Source: Eledone cirrhosa
Taxonomy: Eukaryota
Reading direction: 5' to 3'
DNA: 64,000 nucleotides
NCBI GenBank assembly: GCA_964016885.1
Contig: OZ024750.1
Coordinates: 38,254,001 to 38,318,000, forward strand
Below are positions 1-13,870 of the stretch, one piece after another. The number at the start of each line of letters is the position of its first letter. Position 1 is the stretch's first letter. The notes under the pieces were generated by a model that was not told the DNA's origin, searched no databases, and saw only the letters and a list, made by a program, of their open reading frames with translations. Position numbers and translations under genes: made by a program.

Positions 1-3000
1 TGTACACCGTATGTGATGTACCATGAAGCTATGGCTAACCTGTACACTGTATGTGATGTACCATGAAGCTATGACTAACCTGTACACTGTATGTCATGTA
101 CCATGAAGCTATAGCTAACCTGTACACTGTATGTGATGTACCATGAAGCTATGGCTAACCTGTACACTGTATGTGATGTACAATGAAGCTATGACTAACC
201 TGTACACTGTATATGATGTACCATGAAGCTATGACTAACCTTTACACTGTATGTGATGTACCATGAAGCTATGGCTAACATGTACACTGTATGTGATGTA
301 CCATGAAGCTATGACTAACTTGTACACTGTATGTGATGTACCATGAAGCTATGGCTAACCTGTACACTGTATGTGATGTACCATGAAGCTATGACTAACC
401 TGTACACTGTATATGATGTACCATGAAGCTATGACTAACATGTACACTGTATGCGATGTACCATGAAGCTATGACTAACCTGTACACTGTATGTGATGTA
501 CCATGAAGCTATGACTAACCTGTACACTGTATGTGATGTACCATGAAGCTATGACTAACCTGTACACTGTATGTGATGTACCATGAAGCTATGACTAAAA
601 TATACACTGTATGTGATGTACCATGTAGCTATGACTAACCTTTACACTGTATGTGATGTACCATGAAGCTATGGCTAACCTGTACACTGTATGTGATGTA
701 CCATGAAGTTATGACTAACATGTACACTGTATGTGATGTACCATGAAGCTATGACTAACCTGTACACTCTATGTGATGTACCATGAAGCTATGACTAACA
801 TGTACACTGTATGTGATGTACCATGAAGCTATGACTAACCTGTACACTGTATGTGATGTACCATGAATGTATGGCTAACCTGTACACTGTATGTGATGTA
901 CCATGAAGCTATGACTAACCTATACACTGTATGTGATGTACCATGAAGCTATGACTAACCTGTACACCGTATGTGATGTACCATGAAGCTATAACTAACC
1001 TATACACTGTATGTGATGTACCATGAAGCTATGACTAACCTGTACACTGTATGTGATGTACCATGAAGCTATGACTAACCTGTACACTGTATGTGATGTA
1101 CCATGAAGCTATGACTAACCTGTACACTGTATGTGATGTAGCATGAAGCTATAGCTAAACTGTACACTGTATGTGATGTACCATGAAGCTATGACTAACC
1201 TGTACACTGTATGCGATGTACCATGAAGCTATAGCTAACCTATACACTCTATGTGATGTACCATGAAGCTATGACTAACCTGTACACTGTATGTGATGTA
1301 TCATGAAGCTATGGCTAACCTGTACACTGTATATGATGTAACATGAAGCTATAGCTAAGCTGTACACTGTATGTGATGTACCATGAAGCTATGACTAACC
1401 TGTACGCTGTATGTGATGTACCATGAAGCTATGACTAACCTGTACACTGTATGTGATTTACCATGAAGCTATGACTAACATGTACACTGTATGCGATGTA
1501 CCATGAAGCTATGACTAACCTGTACACTGTATGTGATGTACCATGAAGCTATGACTAACCTGTACACTGTATGTGATGTACCATGAAGATATGGCTAACC
1601 TGTACACTGTATGTGATGTACCATGAAGCTATGACTAACCTGTACACTGTATCTGATGTACCATGAAGCTATGGCTAACCTGTACACTGTATGTGATGTA
1701 CCATGAAGCTATGACTAACCTATACACTGTATGTGATGTACCATGAAGCTATGACTAAACTTTACACTGTATGTGATGTACCATGAAGCTATGGCTAACC
1801 TGTACACTGTATGTGATGTACCATGAAGCTATGGCTAACCTGTACACTGTATGTGATGTACCATGAAGTTATAGCTAATCTGTACACTGTATGTGATGTA
1901 GCATGAAGCTTTAGCTAACCTGTACACTGTATGTGATGTACCATGAAGCTATGACTAACCTGTACACTGTATGTGATGTACCATGAAGCTATAGCTAACC
2001 TATACACTGTATGTGATGTACCATGAAGCTATGACTAACCTGTACACTGTATGTGATGTACCATGAAGCTATAACTAACCTATACACTGTATGTGATGTA
2101 CCATGAAGCTATGACTAACCTGTATACTGTATGTGATGTACCATGAAGCTATGACTAACATGTACACTGTATGTGATGTACCATGAAGCTATGACTAACC
2201 TGTACACTGTATGTGATGTACCATGAAGCTATGCTAAACGGTACACTGTTTGTGATGTACCATGAAGCTATGGCTAACCTGTACAATGTATGTGATGTAC
2301 CATGAAGCTATGACTAACCTATACACTGTATGTGATGTACCATGAAGCTATGACTAACCTGTACACTGTATGTGATGTACCATGAAGCTATGGCTAACCT
2401 GTACACTGTATGTGATGTACCATGAAGCTATGGCTAACCTGTACAATGTATGTGATGTACCATGAAGCTATGGCTAACCTGTACACTGTATGTGATGTAC
2501 CATGCAGCTATGGCTAACCTGTACACTGTATGTGATGTACCATGAAGCTATGACTAACCTGTTCATTGTATGTGATGTACCATGAAGCTATAGCTAACCT
2601 GTACACTGTATGTGATGTACGATGAAGCTATGGCTAACCTGTACACTGTATGTGATGTACCATGAAGCTATGACTAACCTGTACACTGTATATGATGTAC
2701 CATGAAGCTATGACTAACCTGTACACTGTATGTGATGTACCATGAAGCTATGGCTAACCTGTACACTGTATGTGATGTACCATGAAGCTATGACTAACCT
2801 GTACACTGTATATGATGTACCATGAAGCTATGACTAACATGTACACTGTATGCGATGTACCATGAAGCTATGACTAAGCTGTACACTGTATGTGATGTAC
2901 CATGAAGCTATGACTAACCTGTACACTGTATGTGATGTACCATGAAGCTATAGGTAACCTGTACACTGTATGTGATGTACCATGAAGCTATGACTAACCT

Positions 3001-6000
3001 GTACACTGTATGTGATGTACCATGAAGCTATGACTAATCTGTACACTGTATGTGATGTACCATGAAGCTATGACTAACCTATACACTGTATGTGATGTAC
3101 CATGAAGTTATGACTAACCTTTACACTTTATGTGATGTACCATGAATTATATGACTAACCTGTACACTGTATGTGATGTACCATGAAGCTATGACTAACC
3201 TATACACTGTATGTGATGTACCATGAAGCTATGACTAACCTTTACACTGTATGTGATGTACCATGAAGCTATGGCTAACCTGTACACTGTATGTGATGTA
3301 CCATGAAGCTATGGCTAACCTGTACACTGTATGTGATGTACCATGAAGCTATGACTAACCTGTACACTGTATGTGATGTACCATGAAGCTATAGCTAACC
3401 TATACACTGTATGCGATGTACCATGAAGCTATGACTAACCTGTACACTGTATGTGATGTACCATGAAGCTATGACTAACCTATACACTGTATGTGATGTA
3501 CCATGAAGCTATGACTAACCTGTACACTGTATGTGATGTACCATGGAGCTATGACTAACATGTAACCTGTATGTGATGTACCATGAAGCTATGACTAACC
3601 TGTACACTGTATGTGATGTACCATGAAGCTATGCTAACCTGTACACTGTATGTGATGTACCATGAAGCTATGGCTAACCTGTACAATGTATGTGATGTAC
3701 CATGAAGCTATGACTAACCTATACACTGTATGTGATGTACCATGAAGCTATGACTAACCTGTACACTGTATGTGATGTACCATGAAGCTATGGCTAACCT
3801 GTACACTGTATGTGATGTACCATGAAGCTATGACTTACCTGTACACTGTATGTGATGTACCATGAAGCTATGGCTAAGCTGTACACTGTATGTGATGTAC
3901 CATGAAGCTATGGCTAACATGTACACTGTATGTGATGTACCATGAAGCTATGGCTAACCTGTACACTGTATGTGATGTACCATGAAGCTATGGCTAAGCT
4001 GTACACTGTATGTGATGTACCATGAAGCTATGACTAACCTGTACACTGTATGTGATGTACCATGAAGCTATAGCTAACCTGTACCCTGTATGTGATGTAC
4101 CATGAAGCTATGGCTAACCTGTACACTGTATGTGATGTACCATGAAGCTATGACTAACCTGTACACTGTATGTGATGTACCATGAAGCTATAGCTAACCT
4201 ATACACTGTATGTGATGTACCATGAAGCTATGGCTAACATGTACACTGTATGTGATGTACCATGAAGCTATGACTAACTTGTACACTGTATGTGATGTAC
4301 CATGAAGCTATGGCTAACCTGTACACTGTGTGTGATGTACCATGAAGCTATGGCTAACCTGTACACTGTATGTGATGTACCATGAAGCTATGGCTAACCT
4401 GTACACTGTATGTGATGTACCATGAAGCTATGGCTAACCTGTACACTGTATGTGATGTACCATGAAGCTATGGCTAACCTGTACACTGTATGTGATGTAC
4501 CATGAAGCTATGACTAACCTGTACATTGTATGTGATGTACCATGAAGCTATAGCTAACCTGTACACTGTATGTGATGTACCATGAAGCTATGGCTAACCT
4601 GTACACTGTATGTGATGTACCATGAAGCTATGACTAACCTGTACACTGTATATGATGTACCATGAAGCTATGACTAACCTTTACACTGTATGTGATGTAC
4701 CATGAAGCTATGACTAACCTGTACACTGTATGTGATGTTCCATGAAGCTATGACTAACCTGTACACTGTATGTGATGTACCATGAAGCTATGGCTAACCT
4801 GTACACTGTATGTGATGTACCATGAAGTTATGACTAACTTGTACACTGTATATGATGTACCATGAAGCTATGACTAACATGTACACTGTATGCGATGTAC
4901 CATGAAGCTATGACTAACCTGTACACTGTATGTGATGTACCATGAAGCTATGACTAACCTGTACACTGTATGTGATGTACCATGAAGCTATAGGTAACCT
5001 GTACACTGTATGTGATGTACCATGAAGCTATGACTAACCTGTACACTGTATGTCATTTACCATGAAGCTATGACTAACCTGTACACTGTATGTGATGTAC
5101 CATGAAGCTATGACTAACCTTTACACTGTATGTGATGTACCATGAATTATATGACTAACCTGTACACTGTATGTGATGTACCATGAAGCTATGACTAACC
5201 TATACACTGTATGTGATGTAGCGTGAAGCTATGACTAACCTTTACACTGTATGTTATGTACCATGAAGCTATGGCTAACCTGTACACTGTATGTGATGTA
5301 CCATGAAGCTATGGCTAACCTGTACACTGTATGTGATGTACCATGAAGTTATAGCTAATCTGTACACTGTATGTGATGTAACATGAAGCTATAGCTAACC
5401 TGTACACTGTATGTGATGTACCATGAAGCTATGACTAACCTGTACACTGTATGTGATGTACCATTAAGCTATAGCTAACCTATACACTGTATGTGATGTA
5501 CCATGAAGCTATGACTAACCTGTACACTGTATGTGATGTACCATGAAGCTATGACTAACCTATACACTGTATGTGATGTACCATGAAGCTATGACTAACC
5601 TGTACACTGTATGTGATGTACCATGAAGCTATGACTAACATGTAACCTGTATGTGATGTACCATGAAGCTATGACTAACCTGTACACTGTATGTGATGTA
5701 CCATGAAGCTATGCTAACCTGTACACTGTATGTGATGTACCATGAAGCTATGGCTAACCTGTACAATGTATGTGATGTACCATGAAGCTATGACTAACCT
5801 ATACACTGTATGTGATGTACCATGAAGCTATGACTAACCTGTACACTGTATGTGATGTACCATGAAGCTATGGCTAACCTGTACACTGTATGTGATGTAC
5901 CATGAAGCTATGACTTACCTGTACACTGTATGTGATGTACCATGAAGCTATGGCTAACCTGTACACTGTATGTGATGTACCATGAAGCTATGGCTAAAAT

Positions 6001-6039
6001 GTACACTGTATGTGATGTACCATGAAGCTATGGCTAACC

Positions 6040-6910
6040 TGTACACCGTATGTGATGTACCATGAAGCTATGGCTAACCTGTACACTGTATGTGATGTAC
6101 CATGAAGCTATGACTAACCTGTACACTGTATGTCATGTACCATGAAGCTATAGCTAACCTGTACACTGTATGTGATGTACCATGAAGCTATGGCTAACCT
6201 GTACACTGTATGTGATGTACAATGAAGCTATGACTAACCTGTACACTGTATATGATGTACCATGAAGCTATGACTAACCTTTACACTGTATGTGATGTAC
6301 CATGAAGCTATGGCTAACATGTACACTGTATGTGATGTACCATGAAGCTATGACTAACTTGTACACTGTATGTGATGTACCATGAAGCTATGGCTAACCT
6401 GTACACTGTATGTGATGTACCATGAAGCTATGACTAACCTGTACACTGTATATGATGTACCATGAAGCTATGACTAACATGTACACTGTATGCGATGTAC
6501 CATGAAGCTATGACTAACCTGTACACTGTATGTGATGTACCATGAAGCTATGACTAACCTGTACACTGTATGTGATGTACCATGAAGCTATGACTAACCT
6601 GTACACTGTATGTGATGTACCATGAAGCTATGACTAAAATATACACTGTATGTGATGTACCATGTAGCTATGACTAACCTTTACACTGTATGTGATGTAC
6701 CATGAAGCTATGGCTAACCTGTACACTGTATGTGATGTACCATGAAGTTATGACTAACATGTACACTGTATGTGATGTACCATGAAGCTATGGCTAACCT
6801 GTACACTGTATGTGATGTACCATGAAGCTATGACTAACCTATACACTGTATGTGATGTACCATGAAGCTATGACTAACCTGTACACCGTATGTGATGTAC
6901 CATGAAGCTA
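6040..6910 (+). repeat. Dispersed copy of block 1..~990 (offset 6,039 bp, then 5,919 bp after a 3-monomer indel)
   Basis: Rare variants occur in the same order: caccgt (1/6040), atgtcatg (91/6130), caatgaag (181/6220), gactaaaatatac (591/6630), ccatgtagct (621/6660), and a second caccgt (961/6880). Confidence 0.85.
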
Positions 6911-8474
6911 TGACTAACCTATACACTGTATGTGATGTACCATGAAGCTATGACTAACCTGTACGCTGTATGTGATGTACCATGAAGCTATGACTAACCT
7001 ATACACTGTATGTGATGTACCATGCAGCTATGACTAACCTGTACACTGTATGTGATGTACCATGAAGCTATGGCTAACCTGTACACTGTATGTGATGTAC
7101 CATGAAGCTATGGCTAACCTGTACACTGTATGTGACGTACCATGAAGTTTTAGCTAACCTGTACACTGTACGTGATGTACTATGAAGCTATGACTAATCT
7201 GTACACTGTATGTGATGTACCATGAAGCTATGACTAATCTGTACACTGTATGTGATGTAACATGAAGCTATAGCTAACCTGTACACTGTATGTGATGTAC
7301 CATGAAGCTATGACTAACCTATACACTGTATGTGATGTACCATGAAGCTATAGCTAACCTGTACACTGTATGTGATGTACCATGAAGTTATAGCTAACCT
7401 GTACACTGTATGTGATGTACCATGAAGCTATGACTAATCTGTACACTGTATGTTATGTACCATGAAGCTATAGCTAACCTGTACACTGTATGTGATGTAC
7501 CATGAAGCTATGACTAACCTGTACACTGTATGTGATGTAGCATGAAGCTATGACTAACCTGTACACTGTATGTGATGTACCATGAAGCTATGGCTAACCT
7601 GTACACTGTATGTGATGTACCATGAAGCTATGGCTAACCTGTACACTGTATGTGATGTACCATGAAGCTATAGCTAAACTGTACACTGTATGTGATGTAC
7701 CATGAAGCTATGGCTAACCTGTACACTGTATGTGATGTACCATGAAGCTATGACTAACCTGTACACTGTATATGATGTACCATGAAGCTATGACTAACAT
7801 GTACACTGTATGCGATGTACCATGAAGCTATGACTAACCTGTACACTGTATGTGATGTACCATGAAGCTATGACTAACCTGTACACTGTATGTGATGTAC
7901 CATGAAGCTATGACTAACCTGTACACTGTATGTGATGTACCATGAAGCTATGACTAACCTATACACTGTATGTGATGTACCATGTAGCTATGACTAACCT
8001 TTACACTCTATGTGATGTATCATGAAGCTATGGCTAACCTGTACACTGTATGTGATGTACCATGAAGCTATGGCTAACCTGTACACTGTATGTGATGTAC
8101 CATGAAGTTATGACTAACATGTACACTGTATGTGATGTACCATGAAGCTATGACTAACCTGTACACTGTATGTGATGTACCATGAAGCTATGGATAACCT
8201 GTACACTGTATGTGATGTACCATGAAGCTATGACTAACCTATACACTCTATGTGATGTACCATGAAGCTATGACTAACCTGTACACTGTATGTGATGTAC
8301 CATGAAGCTATGACTAACCTATACACTGTATGTGATGTACCATGAAGCTATGACTAACCTGTACACTGTATGTGATGTACCATGAAGCTATGGCTAACCT
8401 GTACACTCCATGTGATGTACCATGAAGCTATGACTAACCTATACACTGTATGTGATGTACCATGCAGCTATCAC

Positions 8475-11400
8475 TAACCTGTACACTGTATGTGATGTAC
8501 CATGAAGCTATGGCTAACCTGTACACTGTATGTGATGTACCTTGAAGCTATGGCTAACCTGTACACTGTATGTGATGTACCATGAAGTTATAGCTAACCT
8601 GTACACTGTATGTGATGTACTATGAAGCTATGACTAATCTGTACACTGTATGTGATGTACCATGAAGCTATGACTAATCTGTACACTGTATGTGATGTAA
8701 CATGAAGCTATAGCTAACCTGTACACTGTATGTGATGTACCATGAAGCTATGACTAACCTATACACTGTATGTGATGTACCATGAAGCTATTGCTAACCT
8801 GTACACTGTATGTGATGTACCATGAAGCTATGACTAACCTGTACACTGTATGTGATGTACCATGAAGCTATAGGTAACCTGTACACTGTATGTGATGTAC
8901 CATGAAGCTATGACTAACCTGTACACTGTATGTCATTTACCATGAAGCTATGACTAACCTGTACACTGTATGTGATGTACCATGAAGCTATGACTAACCT
9001 GTACACTGTATGTGATGTACCATGAAGCTATGACTAACCTAAACACTGTATGTGATGTACCATGAAGCTATGACTAACCTTTACACTGTATGTGATGTAC
9101 CATGAATTATATGACTAACCTGTACACTGTATGTGATGTACCATGAAGCTATGACTAACCTATACACTGTATGTGATGTACCATGAAGCTATGACTAACC
9201 TTTACACTGTATGTGATGTACCATGAAGCTATGGCTAACCTGTACACTGTATGTGATGTACCATGAAGCTATGGCTAACCTGTACACTGTATGTGATGTA
9301 CCATGAAGTTATAGCTAATCTGTACACTGTATGTGATGTAGCATGAAGCTATAGCTAACCTGTACACTGTATGTGATGTACCATGAAGCTATGACTAACC
9401 TGTACACTGTATGTGATGTACCATGAAGCTATAGCTAACCTATACACTGTATGTGATGTACCATGAAGCTATGACTAACCTGTACACTCTATGTGATGTA
9501 CCATGAAGCTATGACTAACCTATACACTGTATGTGATGTACCATGAAGCTATGACTAACCTGTACACTGTATGTGATGTACCATGAAGCTATGACTAACA
9601 TGTAACCTGTATGTGATGTACCATGAAGCTATGACTAACCTGTACACTGTATGTGATGTACCATGAAGCTATGCTAACCTGTACACTGTATGTGATGTAC
9701 CATGAAGCTATGGCTAACCTGTACAATGTATGTGATGTACCATGAAGCTATGACTAACCTATACACTGTATGTGATGTACCATGAAGCTATGACTAACCT
9801 GTACACTGTATGTGATGTACCATGAAGCTATGGCTAACCTGTACACTGTATGTGATGTACCATGAAGCTATGGCTAACCTGTACACTGTATGTGATGTAC
9901 CATGAAGCTATGGCTAACCTGTACACTGTATGTGATGTACCATGAAGCTATGACTAACCTGTACACTGTATGTGATGTACCATGATGCTATAGCTAACCT
10001 GTACACTGTATGTGATGTACCATGAAGCTATGGCTAACCTGTACACTGTATGTGATGTACCATGAAGCTATGACTAACATGTACACTGTATGTGATGTAC
10101 CATGAAGCTATGACTATCTTGTACACTGTATGTGATGTACCATGAAGCTATGGCTAACCTGTACACTGTATGTGATGTACCATGAAGCTATGGCTAGACC
10201 TGTACACTGTATGTGATGTACCATGAAGCTATGACTAATCTGTACACTGTATGTGATGTACCATGAAGCTATAGCTAACCTGTACACTGTATGTGATGTA
10301 CCATGAAGCTATGACAAACCTGTACACTGTATGTGATGTACCATGAAGCTATGACTAACCTATACACTGTATGTGATGTACCATGAAGCTATGACTAACC
10401 TGTACACTGTATGTGATGTACCATGAAGCTATGACTAACCTGTACACTGTATGTGATGTACCATGAAGCTATGACTAACCTATACACTGTATGTGATGTA
10501 CCATGAAGCTATGGCTAACCTGTACACTGTATGTGATGTACCATGAAGCTATGGCTAACCTGTACACTGTATGTGATGTACCATGAAGCTATGGCTAACC
10601 TGTACACTGTATGTGATGTACCATGAAGCTATGGCTAACCTGTACACTGTATGTGATGTACCATGAAGCTATGACTAACCTATACACTGTATGTGATGTA
10701 CCATGAAGCTATGGCTAACCTGTACACGGTATGTGATGTACCATGAAGGTATGGCTAACCTGTACACTGTTTGTGATGTACCATGAAGCTATGGCTAACC
10801 TGTACACTGTATGTGATGTACCATGAAGTTATAGCTAACCTGTACACTGTATGTGATGTACCATGAAGCTATGACTAATCTGTACACTGTATGTGATGTA
10901 CCATGAAGCTATAGCTAACCTGTACAGTATATGTGATGTACCATGAAGCTATGACTAACCTGTACACTGTATGTGATGTACCATGAAGCTATGACTAACC
11001 TGTACACTGTATGTGATGTAACATGAAGCTATAGCTAACCTGTACACTGTATGTGATGTACCATGAAGCTATGACTAACCTATACACTGTATGTGATGTA
11101 CCATGAAGCTATAGCTAACCTGTACACTGTATGTGATGTACCATGAAGCTATGGCTAACCTGTACACTGTATGTGATGTACCATGAAGCTATGGCTAACC
11201 TGTACACTGTATGTGATGTACCTTGAAGCTATGGCTAACCTGTACACTGTATGTGATGTACCATGAAGTTATAGCTAACCTGTACACTGTATGTGATGTA
11301 CTATGAAGCTATGACTAATCTGTACACTGTATGTGATGTACCATGAAGCTATGACTAATCTGTACACTGTATGTGATGTAACATGAAGCTATAGCTAACC

Positions 11401-13870
11401 TGTACACTGTATGTGATGTACCATGAAGCTATGACTAACCTATACACTGTATGTGATGTACCATGAAGCTATTGCTAACCTGTACACTGTATGTGATGTA
11501 CCATGAAGCTATGACTAACCTGTACACTGTATGTGATGTACCATGAAGCTATAGGTAACCTGTACACTGTATGTGATGTACCATGAAGCTATGACTAACC
11601 TGTACACTGTATGTCATTTACCATGAAGCTATGACTAACCTGTACACTGTATGTGATGTACCATGAAGCTATGACTAACCTGTACACTGTATGTGATGTA
11701 CCATGAAGCTATGACTAACCTAAACACTGTATGTGATGTACCATGAAGCTATGACTAACCTTTACACTGTATGTGATGTACCATGAATTATATGACTAAC
11801 CTGTACACTGTATGTGATGTACCATGAAGCTATGACTAACCTATACACTGTATGTGATGTACCATGAAGCTATGACTAACCTTTACACTGTATGTGATGT
11901 ACCATGAAGCTATGGCTAACCTGTACACTGTATGTGATGTACCATGAAGCTATGGCTAACCTGTACACTGTATGTGATGTACCATGAAGTTATAGCTAAT
12001 CTGTACACTGTATGTGATGTAGCATGAAGCTATAGCTAACCTGTACACTGTATGTGATGTACCATGAAGCTATGACTAACCTGTACACTGTATGTGATGT
12101 ACCATGAAGCTATAGCTAACCTATACACTGTATGTGATGTACCATGAAGCTATGACTAACCTGTACACTCTATGTGATGTACCATGAAGCTATGACTAAC
12201 CTATACACTGTATGTGATGTACCATGAAGCTATGACTAACCTGTACACTGTATGTGATGTACCATGAAGCTATGACTAACATGTAACCTGTATGTGATGT
12301 ACCATGAAGCTATGACTAACCTGTACACTGTATGTGATGTACCATGAAGCTATGCTAACCTGTACACTGTATGTGATGTACCATGAAGCTATGGCTAACC
12401 TGTACAATGTATGTGATGTACCATGAAGCTATGACTAACCTATACACTGTATGTGATGTACCATGAAGCTATGACTAACCTGTACACTGTATGTGATGTA
12501 CCATGAAGCTATGGCTAACCTGTACACTGTATGTGATGTACCATGAAGCTATGGCTAACCTGTACACTGTATGTGATGTACCATGAAGCTATGGCTAACC
12601 TGTACACTGTATGTGATGTACCATGAAGCTATGACTAACCTGTACACTGTATGTGATGTACCATGAAGCTATAGCTAACCTGTACACTGTATGTGATGTA
12701 CCATGAAGCTATGGCTAACCTGTACACTGTATGTGAGGTACCATGAAGCTATGACTAACATGTACACTGTATGTGATGTACCATGAAGCTATGACTATCT
12801 TGTACACTGTATGTGATGTACCATGAAGCTATGGCTAACCTGTACACTGTATGTGATGTACCATGAAGCTATGGCTAGACCTGTACACTGTATGTGATGT
12901 ACCATGAAGCTATGACTAATCTGTACACTGTATGTGATGTACCATGAAGCTATAGCTAACCTGTACACTGTATGTGATGTACCATGAAGCTATGACAAAC
13001 CTGTACACTGTATGTGATGTACCATGAAGCTATGACTAACCTATACACTGTATGTGATGTACCATGAAGCTATGACTAACCTGTACACTGTATGTGATGT
13101 ACCATGAAGCTATGACTAACCTGTACACTGTATGTGATGTACCATGAAGCTATGACTAACCTATACACTGTATGTGATGTACCATGAAGCTATGACTAAC
13201 CCGTACACTGTATGTGATGTACCATGAAGCTATGGCTAACCTGTACACTGTATGTGATGTACCATGAAGCTATGGCTAACCTGTACACTGTATGTGATGT
13301 ACCATGAAGCTATGGCTAACCTGTACACTGTATGTGATGTACCATGAAGCTATGACTAACCTATACACTGTATGTGATGTACCATGAAGCTATGGCTAAC
13401 CTGTACACTGTATGTGATGTACCATGAAGGTATGGCTAACCTGTACACTGTTTGTGATGTACCATGAAGCTATGGCTAACCTGTACACTGTATGTGATGT
13501 ACCATGAAGTTATAGCTAACCTGTACACTGTATGTGATGTACCATGAAGCTATGACTAATCTGTACACTGTATGTGATGTACCATGAAGCTATAGCTAAC
13601 CTGTACAGTATATGTGATGTACCATGAAGCTATGACTAACCTGTACACTGTATGTGATGTACCATGAAGCTATGACTAACCTGTACACTGTATGTGATGT
13701 AACATGAAGCTATAGCTAACCTGTACACTGTATGTGATGTACCATGAAGCTATGACTAACCTATACACTGTATGTGATGTACCATGAAGCTATAGCTAAC
13801 CTGTACACTGTATGTGATGTACCATGAAGCTATGGCTAACCTGTACACTGTATGTGATGTACCATGAAGC
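8475..13870 (+). repeat. Tandem higher-order duplication, unit 2,681 bp (67 monomers +1 bp), 2 copies
   Basis: Markers at a constant 2,681 offset: cttgaag (8541/11222), catgaattat (9101/11782), tgtaacctgt (9601/12282), ggctagacc (~10192/~12873), tgtacagtat (10921/13602). Confidence 0.92.

Noticed and set aside
33-40. Branch-point-like CTAAC and AP-1-like TGACTAA motifs in each monomer
   Set aside because: Matches of 5-7 nt are expected by chance, and there is no polypyrimidine tract, acceptor, exon or promoter context.
1-40. Monomer built from two ~20-bp sub-repeats (CC...TATG...TA)
   Set aside because: The halves CCTGTACACTGTATGTGATGTA and CCATGAAGCTATGACTAA share only short anchors and need several gaps to align. 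The similarity is too weak to support by eye.
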